A stretch of DNA of 64,000 nt from a virus (Duplodnaviria; Caudoviricetes): the IMG/VR virus record IMGVR_UViG_2773857985_000001, positions 1 through 64,000 of that record. One strand, given 5' to 3'. The position numbers and the translations under genes were made by a program. This document shows, piece by piece, positions 1-9,360 of the stretch. Below the pieces are notes generated by a model, which searched no databases, was not told where the DNA came from, and saw only the letters and a program-made list of their open reading frames with translations. Positions within the stretch are counted from its first letter, which is position 1, and each line of letters opens with the position of its first letter.

Positions 1-119
1 GACGAACCTCCAAGGCAGCCCCGAGCAGCATCAGACTAGGCGATTAGGCGCAAAAGCGGCGCATGGGGTGAGGGAGACGTGGAACTCCGACTCCCGACCC
101 CACAGGAACGGAGCCACCA

Positions 120-371
120 ATGATCGTCAAGAAGCTGCACGACACGGGCGTCAAAAGCGAGCACGCCTACCTCGCCGCGTTCGCGTCCATCGGCCTCACC
201 GTCGCCGCCTGGGCCGCCAGTCTCAAAGCCGAACCCGTCGGCGGCGTCGCCCGCGCCGACCGCTGGGGCCTCTTCGTCGGCGAATGGGCGCCCACCTTCT
301 TCGGCCTCGGCCTCGCCCTCTCCCACTACGAGCAGCAGGACGGCAGCCTCACCCACATCCACGAGAGCTGA
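120..371 (+). CDS. Small membrane protein
   Basis: GGAG SD upstream, GC3-biased codons, two hydrophobic segments. Confidence 0.75.
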   Translation: MIVKKLHDTGVKSEHAYLAAFASIGLTVAAWAASLKAEPVGGVARADRWGLFVGEWAPTFFGLGLALSHYEQQDGSLTHIHES

Positions 372-397
372 GCCAGCCGGCCCCCGGCACCGTGGCA

Positions 398-427
398 GCG
401 CCCGCCTCTGACGGAAGGGGCGGGCGC
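398..427. terminator. GC-rich hairpin, probable terminator
   Basis: gcgcccgcc...ggcgggcgc inverted repeat after the 371 stop. Confidence 0.5.
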
Positions 428-471
428 TTCCTCCGGAACCACTGTCAGTGCCACCGGGCAAGATGCGTCCC

Positions 472-657
472 ATGACCGCAACGATGCAGAGCTTCGGCTT
501 CACCTGGACCGCCCCCGACGGCACCCGACGGGCCTCAGCCGTCGCCTACGACCGGGTATCCGCCGACCGGCAGCGCCGCGAGCTGGAGACCGCCGGAGCC
601 CGCGACATCAACGAGGTGACCGTCAAGCCCGGGGAACTGCCGAAGCTGGAGGGATGA
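472..657 (+). CDS. Hypothetical protein
   Basis: Good codon bias; ATG 472 preferred over GTG 448. Confidence 0.6.
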   Translation: MTATMQSFGFTWTAPDGTRRASAVAYDRVSADRQRRELETAGARDINEVTVKPGELPKLEG

Positions 658-666
658 ACGCGCGCC

Positions 667-1314
667 CTACGGTGCGGGCTCGTAGTCGACGGTCTCCTGC
701 CCGCACCCGCCGGCCAGCTCGGCGAGCGCCTCCCGCTCCGGCTCGTCGACGCTCAAGCCCCAGCGGAGTTTCGTGCCCACCCAGTCGGCGAGGTACGTGC
801 AGCGGGCGTCCGCGAGAGGCGGCAGCCAGTCCGCCGGGTCCTGATCGGATTTGCTGCGGTTGGTGCGGGCAGTCACGGCCACCAGGGACCGTTCGGCGTC
901 GAGGTCGTTGGCGTACTGCTCCCGCCGTTCCGCCGACCACGCGCTTGCACCCGAGTCCCACGCCTCGGCGAGCGGCACCATGTGGTCGATGTCCAAACCA
1001 CCCGGGGCGGTCACCGTCACGCCGTCGTAGTACGAGAACCACTCCCCCGCCGTCACCTTGCAGCCCGAACCGACCGTGGCCGGCACCCGCGACTCGGCGA
1101 TCAGCACCTCCATGCGCGTGTTGCAGCTGTCCTTGTCGGCGTCGACCCAGTGCTTGAAGGCGCTGCGGGTGTAGCCGTCGCGGGATTCGTCGGCCACCGG
1201 TAGGGCGGCGACCGCGTCAGCGATCGGCAGCGCCTCCGCAGGTGCGGCGGCAGCAGGAGCAGCGAGAGGCAGGGCGAGGAGAGCGGCAGCAAGCAGGCCG
1301 CGTGCGGTGATCAT
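667..1314 (-). CDS. Secreted HNH-type nuclease (DUF1524-like)
   Basis: Signal peptide, GYTRSAF-HW, DIDHMVPLAEAW, NRSKSDQDP motifs. Confidence 0.85.
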   Translation of the reverse strand: MITARGLLAAALLALPLAAPAAAAPAEALPIADAVAALPVADESRDGYTRSAFKHWVDADKDSCNTRMEVLIAESRVPATVGSGCKVTAGEWFSYYDGVTVTAPGGLDIDHMVPLAEAWDSGASAWSAERREQYANDLDAERSLVAVTARTNRSKSDQDPADWLPPLADARCTYLADWVGTKLRWGLSVDEPEREALAELAGGCGQETVDYEPAP

Positions 1315-1473
1315 GCGTCGGTGATATCGGAACACGCCATCCCCAGCGGCAGGTTCAACGACACGTCACCCAAGTGCAGGCACTCATCAGACCGGCGAGC
1401 GACCACCAGAGACCCCGCCGCGACGGGGGATGCGCGACGGGGTCAAAGCCAGTCTGGCACGTGAGGCTGACGC

Positions 1474-2787
1474 TCAGCGCGTCAACGCTGCGACAGCCCT
1501 CAGGTCGTCGGAGTCGAAGACGACGGCCGTGTCTACGTCGAGGTCCACCACGTCAGGCGACCCAGGCGTTCCGGCGGCTTCGAGGATGTCGCCGGCGTCG
1601 ACGACGATCGGGCGGGTGGAGAGCCCAGCCTGGGCCGTGAACCACTCGCCCACCAGATCTATGACGTCCGTGAGGGCTGCCGCCGGGAAGTACTCGACGC
1701 CTCGCGTGGACACCCATCCCTTCCTGTCGAGCCCGGCGAGGACGAACGTCTCCAGCGCCCTCGCCATACCGAGGGGTAGTCCCTGGATCCGAAGATGCTG
1801 TGCCTTCAGGCCGTCCTCGGCGTGCTGTCGCAGCCGGTTGTAGCCCTTGCCGGAGCTGATGCCGGGCTTCACGGTCTCCTTGCCGGTGGTGACGTCGAGC
1901 CCGCTCACGACGTAGTAGACGTCGTGGGGTGGGACGGCGCCGCCGTACATCCCGCGCGGGCATTCGGGGCACCCTCGCTTCATCTTGTTCGGGATGAGGC
2001 CGAACTCGTGCCCGGCGAAGCAGACCGCCCGGTGGGCACGGGACTTGGCTATCCACTGTGACTCAAGCACCGTGATCCCGAGATCCTTGGCCTGCTCCAG
2101 GAACTCCTGGAACTGGGCCAGCCTTCCGCAATCGCCACAGAAGTCCGAACGGATGGCGTCGCGTCCATCCGGACTGTCGACGTAGAACGTGTGCAGGTGG
2201 CCGCGACGGCATCTGACTTCGGCGGCGTTGCGATACCTCTTCACCACGGTAGATCGAGTCTCTCGGAGAACCTGCTCGATCTTGGCGAACCCTTCCGCTG
2301 CCCTGGCAGCCACCCGACAGTCGGGGCACAGGATGTCGACCGGCTCGCCGCGCCAACTCCTCGCGTCACGCCCAGACAACTGGGAGCGGTGCCCCTTCGG
2401 GCACGTCGCCGCGAACACGACATGCCCTTCCCCGGACTCGTCCTGCTCGTCGGTGGCCGTGAGCTCTACGCCTTGAGCTTCAGCTGCAGACTCCAGGATG
2501 GCCAGGCACTCGGCGACCCAATCTGCCTTGCGGCACTTCGTACACCAGGGCTCACTAGGGCTTATCGAGGGAGGCCTGCTCCCAGATACGAGGTCCCACG
2601 CGCGCACGCTGAACTCGTGCCCGACACCGCATCTGACCTCGGCCCAGCCGATCAAGCCGCGCTCCGCACACAGCGTCCACCCCTGCCGCTGGCACGCCTG
2701 ACGGAAGAGGTCCATCAGCGCGTCGATGTGGACGGCCGCCTCCGGGACCATGTCCCAGAACTTCGACGGGTTGTCCGTCATGTGCAC
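1474..2787 (-). CDS. Protein with four Zn-ribbon repeats and a C-terminal GIY-YIG-like domain
   Basis: CxxGH...CxxC repeated four times, then VYYV...KPGIS...RLRQH...E. Confidence 0.7.
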   Translation of the reverse strand: MHMTDNPSKFWDMVPEAAVHIDALMDLFRQACQRQGWTLCAERGLIGWAEVRCGVGHEFSVRAWDLVSGSRPPSISPSEPWCTKCRKADWVAECLAILESAAEAQGVELTATDEQDESGEGHVVFAATCPKGHRSQLSGRDARSWRGEPVDILCPDCRVAARAAEGFAKIEQVLRETRSTVVKRYRNAAEVRCRRGHLHTFYVDSPDGRDAIRSDFCGDCGRLAQFQEFLEQAKDLGITVLESQWIAKSRAHRAVCFAGHEFGLIPNKMKRGCPECPRGMYGGAVPPHDVYYVVSGLDVTTGKETVKPGISSGKGYNRLRQHAEDGLKAQHLRIQGLPLGMARALETFVLAGLDRKGWVSTRGVEYFPAAALTDVIDLVGEWFTAQAGLSTRPIVVDAGDILEAAGTPGSPDVVDLDVDTAVVFDSDDLRAVAALTR

Positions 2788-3383
2788 CCCTCCTCTTCGT
2801 CATGCCGACGGAGCGCCTGCGAGATGGCTCCAACGCTCGGGTTCTTGCCCCTGTTGGCTCCCTCGGCGATGCGAAGGTGGGGCTGAATCTGCCGGATGGT
2901 GAAGCCTCGGTCGCGCAGGGCGGCGGCCTGGACGGTGAGCGTCTCGGTCATGACGGGCTTGCGGCCTCCGATGCGCCCGCGCTTACGGGCGGACTCCAGG
3001 CCGTCTTTGGTCTTCTTGACGATGTCGCGCCTGCGGTCCTCGGCGAGCGCTAGGGCGAGGTCGAGGATCAGTGAACGTTCCTTGTGCTCGCCGGCAGCGA
3101 TGCCTTCGAGCACCTTGACGGCGATACCGCGTTCGAAGAGGTCGTTGAGAACGATCAGCCCTTCGAGGAGGTTGCGGCCGAGCCGGTCGACTTCCTGAAC
3201 GCAGAGCATGTCGCCGTCGCGCAGGTACTCGATGGCTACCGAAAGGGCGGGGCGCTCTTCGGCGGCGAGCTTGCCGCTGATTTTCTCCTCGAAGACCTTG
3301 ATGCAGATCGGGTCGAGGGCGTCGTGCTGCCGCTCGGTGTTCTGCTTGTCGGTGCTCACCCGGACGAGCCCAACTAGGGCCAT
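2778..3383 (-). CDS. Serine recombinase, resolvase/invertase family
   Basis: GLVRVSTDKQ catalytic Ser motif, VDRLGRN, GRIGGRK, C-terminal HTH. Confidence 0.95.
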   Translation of the reverse strand: MALVGLVRVSTDKQNTERQHDALDPICIKVFEEKISGKLAAEERPALSVAIEYLRDGDMLCVQEVDRLGRNLLEGLIVLNDLFERGIAVKVLEGIAAGEHKERSLILDLALALAEDRRRDIVKKTKDGLESARKRGRIGGRKPVMTETLTVQAAALRDRGFTIRQIQPHLRIAEGANRGKNPSVGAISQALRRHDEEEGCT

Positions 3384-3393
3384 AGAACCTCTC

Positions 3394-3447
3394 CTTCGTT
3401 CATCTAACGGGCCTCCATAGTAGATGAACGAAGCGAGTAGATGAACG
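3394..3447. promoter_or_regulatory. Probable res site / resolvase operator
   Basis: Perfect 13-bp inverted repeat CTTCGTTCATCTA (3394-3406) / TAGATGAACGAAG (3421-3433), plus a third TAGATGAACG at 3438-3447, directly upstream of the resolvase. Confidence 0.7.
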
Positions 3448-3605
3448 GGTTTCTGAACAACTGGTACTTGGAGTTTGCGACTTGCCGCCTGATCGTCTTC
3501 AGATTCACGTCTCGACCGATTGATGAACAGCCACCTGGAGGCCTTGCTGACAGCCGACTCCAGATTCGGCAGACTCGCGACGCCGGAACGCGACGAAGGG
3601 TGGGC

Positions 3606-3788
3606 ATGATGGAGCGACGGTATGACCAGCTACAGGCTCGGGCGCTGAACAACCTGGACGACACCTATGCCGGCGACGCCGGGTCCGAGGACCAGGTGGC
3701 CATGCTGGCAAGGGCCCAGGTGCATGCTCTCCTGACAGTCGGCGCCGCGCTCAAGGATCTGGCGGACGCGATCCGCGAGAGCCGCTGA
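3606..3788 (+). CDS. Small helical hypothetical protein
   Basis: Coding-like C-terminal part of ORF 3441-3788, followed by a terminator. Confidence 0.55.
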   Translation: MMERRYDQLQARALNNLDDTYAGDAGSEDQVAMLARAQVHALLTVGAALKDLADAIRESR

Positions 3789-3795
3789 GCACGAC

Positions 3796-3833
3796 ACCGT
3801 GGCCCCGCTCCTCGATGGGAGCGGGGCCACGGT
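3796..3833 (+). terminator. Intrinsic terminator hairpin
   Basis: 16-bp stem accgtggccccgctcc / ggagcggggccacggt. Confidence 0.75.
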
Positions 3834-3952
3834 TGTGCATGATATCGAGGAGCCAGCCCGCAACCACAAGCCCACGCTCGCTCCAATGGCGGGGCTGGCG
3901 CACACTGCGGGGCTATGGGACACCATCCCGAGACACGACCCTGGGGGAGTAA

Positions 3953-4429
3953 GTGAGAGCACCGGAAGGGATGGACGACGCCGAGTGGCAGTGGATCCGC
4001 ATCCGGCACCCGTGGACGCACCGCTTCTTCATTCACTGGCCCGACGCCACGCCAGCAAGCCACCAGAACATCCGCGTCTATGACCGTCAGGGCCTCGACT
4101 ATGCACGGCTCGTCTGGAAGGTCTGCCACACCTGCCGCAGGGGCGTGATCTCCAAGATCTCACTCTCGCCTGAGGTTCAACGGCAGGGGCTCGGAGCCAT
4201 CCTGATCGACCGTGCGCTGCGAGACGGGCCTACCTATGACTGGACGACGAGCCCTCAATCACCGGAAGGCAAGACGTTCTTCGCTGTGATGGCGGTCCGT
4301 ACTGGGGCCTCATTCACAGGCGGGGCGAAGACCTGCGAGCACATCAACGGTGTGCGCGCGGGACGAACGCATCCTGTACTGGATCGACACCTGCAGCGGA
4401 CAGCGCCCAGGGTGCCCAGCTGGCCGTAA
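3953..4429 (+). CDS. GNAT-family acetyltransferase-like protein
   Basis: ISLSPEVQRQGLGAILI matches the acetyl-CoA-binding motif A. Confidence 0.65.
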   Translation: MRAPEGMDDAEWQWIRIRHPWTHRFFIHWPDATPASHQNIRVYDRQGLDYARLVWKVCHTCRRGVISKISLSPEVQRQGLGAILIDRALRDGPTYDWTTSPQSPEGKTFFAVMAVRTGASFTGGAKTCEHINGVRAGRTHPVLDRHLQRTAPRVPSWP

Positions 4430-4469
4430 CTCCAGCACTTTAGGGAACGTTATGCGCTACCTCTGCGAC

Positions 4470-4772
4470 TCACACGGTGGGTACGCGCCGGTCGTCCCAC
4501 CGGTAGCGACCCTTGCCCGTCGCCCAGTTCAGCCCGTGGATCCCTACCGGTGGCAGGATCTGCGGGACGCCGGCCGCGTCTTGGCGGGGCCGGTGGAAGC
4601 GGGTTACGTACATGACGCCCGCGGTGCTGTTCCGGCAGTACTGCCCGGCCGGGACGTGGCACTTGGGGCACGCTGCGCCGGCGCAGGCGTTCCAGGCCTG
4701 GCGTAGGGCCGCCTCAACGGCGCCGGGTTCGTGGCTCGTTGTCTTCTTCGCGACCAGGGTGAAGTACTCCAT
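4470..4772 (-). CDS. Small zinc-finger protein
   Basis: CPKCHVPAGQYC...FHRPR motif seen in actinophage Zn fingers. Confidence 0.6.
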   Translation of the reverse strand: MEYFTLVAKKTTSHEPGAVEAALRQAWNACAGAACPKCHVPAGQYCRNSTAGVMYVTRFHRPRQDAAGVPQILPPVGIHGLNWATGKGRYRWDDRRVPTV

Positions 4773-4946
4773 CGGCCGATGATGGCAGTCGGCCATTCGC
4801 CCCGGCAGACAGACGGGGCCTCTCGCACCTGAAAGCGGGAGCACGGCTATCGCCGGCAAGCCCCCCCCTGTCACGGTTCGGCGACTCGTGTGCACATTTT
4901 CATCACATGTGCTCTACGGTGTCGTCACGCAACCTAGGGGGGTTCC

Positions 4947-5579
4947 ATGTCGTTCAATCAGCCGCCGTCTGCCCAGCCGCCGTTGCCGGGGCAGCCTCCG
5001 ATGCCGCCCGGCCCGCAGCGGGGAGGACCGAAGTGGGCGCGGAAGCGGATCCTGATCCCGGCCGCGGTCCTCACCCTGCTGATCGGTGTCGGTATCGGCT
5101 CCGCAGGTGCTGGCGAGGAGAAGACGAGCGCCGAGGCGAAGCCGCAGCCGACCGTGACCGTCACCGAGTCCGCTGCCGCGGCGAAGCCGGCGAAGCCGGC
5201 GAAGGACGACGCGAAGCCGGCGCCGACCGTCACGGTGACGAAGACGGTGAAGCCGAAGGCAGAGGAGAAGCCCGCCGAGAAGGAGGAGGCGCCGTCGGGT
5301 GAGGTGGTGTTCAAGGCGTGGGGGTCGGGCCCGGCCGGGGTCGACATCAACTACGGCTCGGACTCCGACAGTCGCTCCGGTAAGGGTCTGCCGTTCGAGG
5401 AGACGCTGAAGCTCGATGGTGACGCCCTCTACTACCACGTGTCGGCGCAGCTGATGGGTAGCGGCGATATCAACTGCTCGGTGACGGTCGGCGGCGAGAC
5501 GAAGAAGGGCCACGCGGAGGGCGACTACAACATCTGCACAGCCCAGCTGAACAGTGGCCTGCTGGGCGGCTGGGACTGA
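4947..5579 (+). CDS. Membrane-anchored protein with Pro-rich N-terminus and MmpS-like extracellular domain
   Basis: Pro-rich cytoplasmic tail, single TM, PTVTVT linkers, INCSVTV..C domain. Confidence 0.75.
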   Translation: MSFNQPPSAQPPLPGQPPMPPGPQRGGPKWARKRILIPAAVLTLLIGVGIGSAGAGEEKTSAEAKPQPTVTVTESAAAAKPAKPAKDDAKPAPTVTVTKTVKPKAEEKPAEKEEAPSGEVVFKAWGSGPAGVDINYGSDSDSRSGKGLPFEETLKLDGDALYYHVSAQLMGSGDINCSVTVGGETKKGHAEGDYNICTAQLNSGLLGGWD

Positions 5580-5595
5580 CCCGGAAACGTCGAAG

Positions 5596-5628
5596 GCGCC
5601 CCGCCCTCCGTGATGGAGGGCGGGGCGC
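5596..5628. terminator. Bidirectional terminator between convergent genes
   Basis: gcgccccgccctcc / ggagggcggggcgc stem. Confidence 0.75.
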
Positions 5629-5630
5629 TG

Positions 5631-5801
5631 TCATGCTGGCTGCTCGTCGGGAAGGTCGGGGTAGACCGGTTCCTGGAACGGCTGGGTGGCGGGTTCGGGG
5701 ATGGGCTGCGGGTCGATGCGGCCCATCCTCTCGAGGCTGCCGGCGTCGGCGGCGCCCGGGTCGGGTCGGGGCTGCAACGGAATCGGGTCCGGGTCGGACA
5801 T
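5631..5801 (-). CDS. Small Pro/Asp-rich protein (56 aa, below the ORF-track cutoff)
   Basis: Translated by hand: MSDPDPIPLQPRPDPG...DEQPA; ATG lies 2 nt after the upstream stop. Confidence 0.5.
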   Translation of the reverse strand: MSDPDPIPLQPRPDPGAADAGSLERMGRIDPQPIPEPATQPFQEPVYPDLPDEQPA

Positions 5802-5803
5802 GG

Positions 5804-6166
5804 TCAGACTCCAGTTCGGTTGTACTCGTCGACCAGAGGATGCGCAGGCTCAGGGTCGATGCCGGCGCGGAGCATCTGGCGTGCCCACCGGTCGGTGGTC
5901 CAGGCGAAGGCGCTGACGACGCGTTCCAGGCGGGACATCTTGCCGCGTAGCTGCCCGTTCTCTTCGTCGACGCGGCGGACGGTGGCTTCGAGGACGGCGA
6001 GGTTGGCGGCCTGCTGTGCGGGGGCGGCGTTGGCTCGGGCCGCGGCTTCGGTGGCTGCGGCTGTGGCCTGGCCGGCGCGGACGGTGGCGCGGGAGACGAA
6101 CCAGCCTCCGCCTCCGAGGACGCTTCCGGCGGCCGTGATGATTCCCGCCCATTCGCCGACGTTCAT
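5804..6166 (-). CDS. Lysis-region membrane protein with coiled coil
   Basis: N-terminal TM (MNVGEWAGIITAAG) followed by heptads; ATGA overlap with the upstream gene. Confidence 0.75.
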   Translation of the reverse strand: MNVGEWAGIITAAGSVLGGGGWFVSRATVRAGQATAAATEAAARANAAPAQQAANLAVLEATVRRVDEENGQLRGKMSRLERVVSAFAWTTDRWARQMLRAGIDPEPAHPLVDEYNRTGV

Positions 6167-6603
6167 GCGGCCTTGCCTCTCCGGGGCCGCGGAGCTGGGG
6201 GGACCGAGTATTCGGGCACCGTGGCCGCCCACATGATGACCCCGACGTGCGAGGTCAGATACCAGATGGCGACGAAGCCGCCGCGTGAGTAGTCGCCGGT
6301 GATGACGGCGACGGTGTAGGCGAGGGCCCACACGGTGGGGGGAGCGAGTGCGGCGAGGAAGCCGAGCCAGTCCCGGCCAACTTTGACGAGTGCTGCGGCG
6401 AGGGTGCCGATGCCGCAGCCGATCCACAGCCACGCCCAGTGGCGAAGGCTGCACACGCTGGTGAGCAGGGTGAGGCCGTGGTCGCCGGGAGGGTCGACGA
6501 GGAACGAGATGCCCCAGCAGGTTTGTCCGACGCCGAGGATGGCGAGGAATGCGCCGCGGCGGCCCAGCTTCTTCTGTAGCCGCCGGGCCGCACGGCATCC
6601 CAT
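6163..6603 (-). CDS. Four-TM membrane protein (second holin-like gene)
   Basis: C-terminal part of ORF 6163-7959; four hydrophobic helices; coupled to the holin stop. Confidence 0.75.
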   Translation of the reverse strand: MGCRAARRLQKKLGRRGAFLAILGVGQTCWGISFLVDPPGDHGLTLLTSVCSLRHWAWLWIGCGIGTLAAALVKVGRDWLGFLAALAPPTVWALAYTVAVITGDYSRGGFVAIWYLTSHVGVIMWAATVPEYSVPPAPRPRRGKAA

Positions 6604-6965
6604 CAGACCGTCCGTGTCGGCTCGGCCGCGGCTGGCGTGCTCGGGGTGGACGGTGCGACCTGGCCGCGGGTGAGGAGGGCGAGTCCGGCGAGGACGACGG
6701 CGTTGAGGGCGCCGATCTTCTCGGTGGACAGGTCGAGGCCGTAGGCGGCGAGGAGTGCGGCGACGGCGGCGACGAGGCCGGTGAACGCGGCCGGTGCGAT
6801 CGGCCGGGTGATCGCGGCGGTGGCGGCGGCGAACACGGCGCTGATGACGGCGACGATCGCGCCGGCCTGTTCCGCGGACAGGCCGAACCCGAACGTGACG
6901 AGCAGGCTGAGGCCCGCGGACACGCCGGCGATGATGAGGGCAGGCTCTCTGCCGAAGATCTTCAT
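6603..6965 (-). CDS. Holin
   Basis: MKIFGREPA N-terminus, multiple TMs, directly after the endolysin. Confidence 0.85.
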   Translation of the reverse strand: MKIFGREPALIIAGVSAGLSLLVTFGFGLSAEQAGAIVAVISAVFAAATAAITRPIAPAAFTGLVAAVAALLAAYGLDLSTEKIGALNAVVLAGLALLTRGQVAPSTPSTPAAAEPTRTV

Positions 6966-6992
6966 GGTTGCTCCTGGTAGGGGTCGGGTGGG

Positions 6993-8057
6993 TCAGAGGG
7001 CCCAGAGGTGGGCCTTGAGCTCGGCCCGCTTGAGCACGAGGGGGCCGGTGCCGTAGTGGGCGACCTGGAACTTGACGCGGCGGTCCTTGCCGATGACGCC
7101 GACGGCGGGGATGTAGCTGTAGGTGCCGCCGCTGGAGCCGATGACCTCGGTCGGCGGGAACGCCTTCACGGTCCGGCCCGCGGCGATGCTGTCTTCGACG
7201 AGGCGGATCTGGAGCTCGTCGCCGCGGGCCAGGTCGTCGGTGTAGACGTAGAGGACGCCGTTGTAGTGGGCGCTGGTGGCGAAGGTCTGCCCGCCGTCGT
7301 AGTGCTGCTTGAGGTCGTCGACCCATTCGGTGTCGAACGCGATGGTCTTCCAGGTGTCGGGCTGGAGGGTCATCGGCTTCGTCATGCCGAGGCTCGTGTA
7401 GGCGGGCACGTCGGCCTCCTTCGTGGGCGTGGTGTCGGGGGCGGTGCCGGCGGCGCGGGCGAGGATCGCCGCCATCGGCAGGGCGCCCGGATCCCCGTGC
7501 TGGTTTTCGGCGACGTGCTGGTGCCCGCAGTGGCCCTTGAAGGAGGACCACTTGGCGTTGCTCATGCGGACGCCGTTGGCGCCGTAGCTGCTGGGGTAGG
7601 GCTTGAAGGTGAGGCCGCTCGACAGCGGGATGCCGTGCTGCTCGTGCGCCCACCGGGCGAATGCGGCCAGGTCGCGGATCGCCCAGTCCGGCAGCTCCGG
7701 GGTGTACAGGTGCGGGGTGCTGCCCCACTTCTTGTGGGCGGCCGGGTCGCAGGTGCCGACGATCTCCACCTGCACCGCGTTGAGGGTGTTCGTCTCCACG
7801 CCGCCCGGCTGGTTGACGAGGGCGCGGGCGGACGTGTCGAAGTCGAAGTGCTGGTACCAGACGAGCTGCTGGGCCGAGAAGTCCGGCTTGGCGGTGAAGT
7901 TCGGCGCCGAGCCGCCGCCGCCGTAGGTCGGGAGGCTGGTGCCCTCGGTGGTGTGCCACACCACGACGTTCGACTCCATCGCCGAACCCGGGTACTTCGA
8001 GCCGTACCAGTAGGTGGTGCTGGCGCCGGGATAGCGCTGAGGACCGGTGCGAGCCAC
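6993..8057 (-). CDS. Endolysin, N-acetylmuramoyl-L-alanine amidase (Amidase_2)
   Basis: VVWHTTEG, VQVEIVG, GHQHV..N.HGDPG zinc-amidase motifs; GTG 8057 with SD. Confidence 0.9.
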   Translation of the reverse strand: MARTGPQRYPGASTTYWYGSKYPGSAMESNVVVWHTTEGTSLPTYGGGGSAPNFTAKPDFSAQQLVWYQHFDFDTSARALVNQPGGVETNTLNAVQVEIVGTCDPAAHKKWGSTPHLYTPELPDWAIRDLAAFARWAHEQHGIPLSSGLTFKPYPSSYGANGVRMSNAKWSSFKGHCGHQHVAENQHGDPGALPMAAILARAAGTAPDTTPTKEADVPAYTSLGMTKPMTLQPDTWKTIAFDTEWVDDLKQHYDGGQTFATSAHYNGVLYVYTDDLARGDELQIRLVEDSIAAGRTVKAFPPTEVIGSSGGTYSYIPAVGVIGKDRRVKFQVAHYGTGPLVLKRAELKAHLWAL

Positions 8058-8118
8058 GGGCCCCCCTCTCATGCGGAAGCCCCCGACACTGCGGGGGCGG
8101 ACTGGATACTCGGGCTGG

Positions 8119-8742
8119 TCAGAGGCTGGTGAAGCAGCCGTTGAAGCCGACCCACACAGGCAGGTCGGACGGCCTGGAGATGCCATACAGGCGAATCCAG
8201 CCGGCGGTGGTGACGTCCATCTTCAGGGAGATGCGGCTGGAGCCGATGTCGGAGCAGGGCACGGTGATGGTCCGCAGGGAGGCGGGTCGGGCCGTGGTGG
8301 GCAGGGCGGTGGTGTTGAGTTCGAAGTAGCCGGGGATCGTCGTCGGGTAGCTCGACCTGCTGATGCCGCCCCGGAACATGATCGAGTCTTCGCCGAACAA
8401 GTTGACGACCCGGTACTGGAAGGTCCCCTGGCTGTTGCCGTTCTGGGTCCAGCCGGATGCGAGCGGCACGGTGGTCCAGGCCCGGTTGCCGACGGCGACG
8501 ACGACCCACACGCTGTCGACGCGGAGTTCGAGGCGGCCCACGTCCTCCAGCCAGGTCAGCATGCCGTCGACGGGCGTGTAGTCGCCGACGAGAGTCGCGC
8601 CGCGTTCGGACGCGGAAGCGAACCGGAGCACGCCGCGGGGGATGACGCCTGCTGCGAGCGCTGCGATGGCGTCCGGGATGGAGGGGGCATCGGTCATCTG
8701 CCAAAGGCTGATGCCCTGCCCCCAGCCGTCAGGTTTGGGCAC
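8119..8742 (-). CDS. Minor tail protein
   Basis: Position; FASASERGA motif and beta-rich fibre-tip-like C-terminus. Confidence 0.75.
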   Translation of the reverse strand: MPKPDGWGQGISLWQMTDAPSIPDAIAALAAGVIPRGVLRFASASERGATLVGDYTPVDGMLTWLEDVGRLELRVDSVWVVVAVGNRAWTTVPLASGWTQNGNSQGTFQYRVVNLFGEDSIMFRGGISRSSYPTTIPGYFELNTTALPTTARPASLRTITVPCSDIGSSRISLKMDVTTAGWIRLYGISRPSDLPVWVGFNGCFTSL

Positions 8743-8751
8743 GCGCCCCTC

Positions 8752-9360
8752 CTAGATGGTGTAGCTGACGCCGTCGAGGGCGATCCACGACGGCAGGGGT
8801 GATGAAGCGTCGTAGGTGCGGATGACGCCCGTCGGGGTGATCTCGACGCGGGCGACGGCGGGGTTGGTGTTCTGGTCCCTGGCTGCGGCCCATCCGATCT
8901 CTACGCCGGGTCGTATGGCTGCGGGCAGCGTGAGAAGGGTGGAGGCGTTGGCGATCGTGCCGGATGTGGGTCCGATGCGTCCGCGGAGCCAGATGCGGCG
9001 GCCTTCCCGCAGGTAGGCGGCGTTGTAGCCGTGGCCCGGGTTGGTGTACCCGGAGGCGAGCGTGAGTAGCGTCCACACGGATTCGGTGGTGGCGTTACGC
9101 CCCCAGGTGATCCAGTTTCCTGCACTGTTTTGGCTGATGACGATGGTGTTTCCGACGGCGAGCAGGCGGCATGTTTCCATGCAGCGCACTGCCGGAATAC
9201 CGGCGACGGCGACGGTGCCGTCCGCGTTGACGGCGGTGACGGTGGCGAGTCGCCAGTCGGAGCCGCGGACGGACGGGGCGGACTCCCCCGCCCTGGTGGC
9301 CTGCTGTTTGAGTGCCCAGGCGAGGTCGCGGTGCACTGCCAGGGCGGGTTTCTCCGGCAT
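8752..9360 (-). CDS. Minor tail protein
   Basis: OB-like N-terminal spike region and LPAAIRP fibre motif; start MPEKP overlaps the upstream stop. Confidence 0.75.
   Translation of the reverse strand: MPEKPALAVHRDLAWALKQQATRAGESAPSVRGSDWRLATVTAVNADGTVAVAGIPAVRCMETCRLLAVGNTIVISQNSAGNWITWGRNATTESVWTLLTLASGYTNPGHGYNAAYLREGRRIWLRGRIGPTSGTIANASTLLTLPAAIRPGVEIGWAAARDQNTNPAVARVEITPTGVIRTYDASSPLPSWIALDGVSYTI

Noticed and set aside
2778-3383. Resolvase as the phage integrase
   Set aside because: At 201 aa it lacks the recombinase and Zn-ribbon domains of large serine integrases
6163-7959. 598-aa ORF as a single protein
   Set aside because: The upstream part is an off-frame overlap with amidase and holin; only 6163-6603 looks coding
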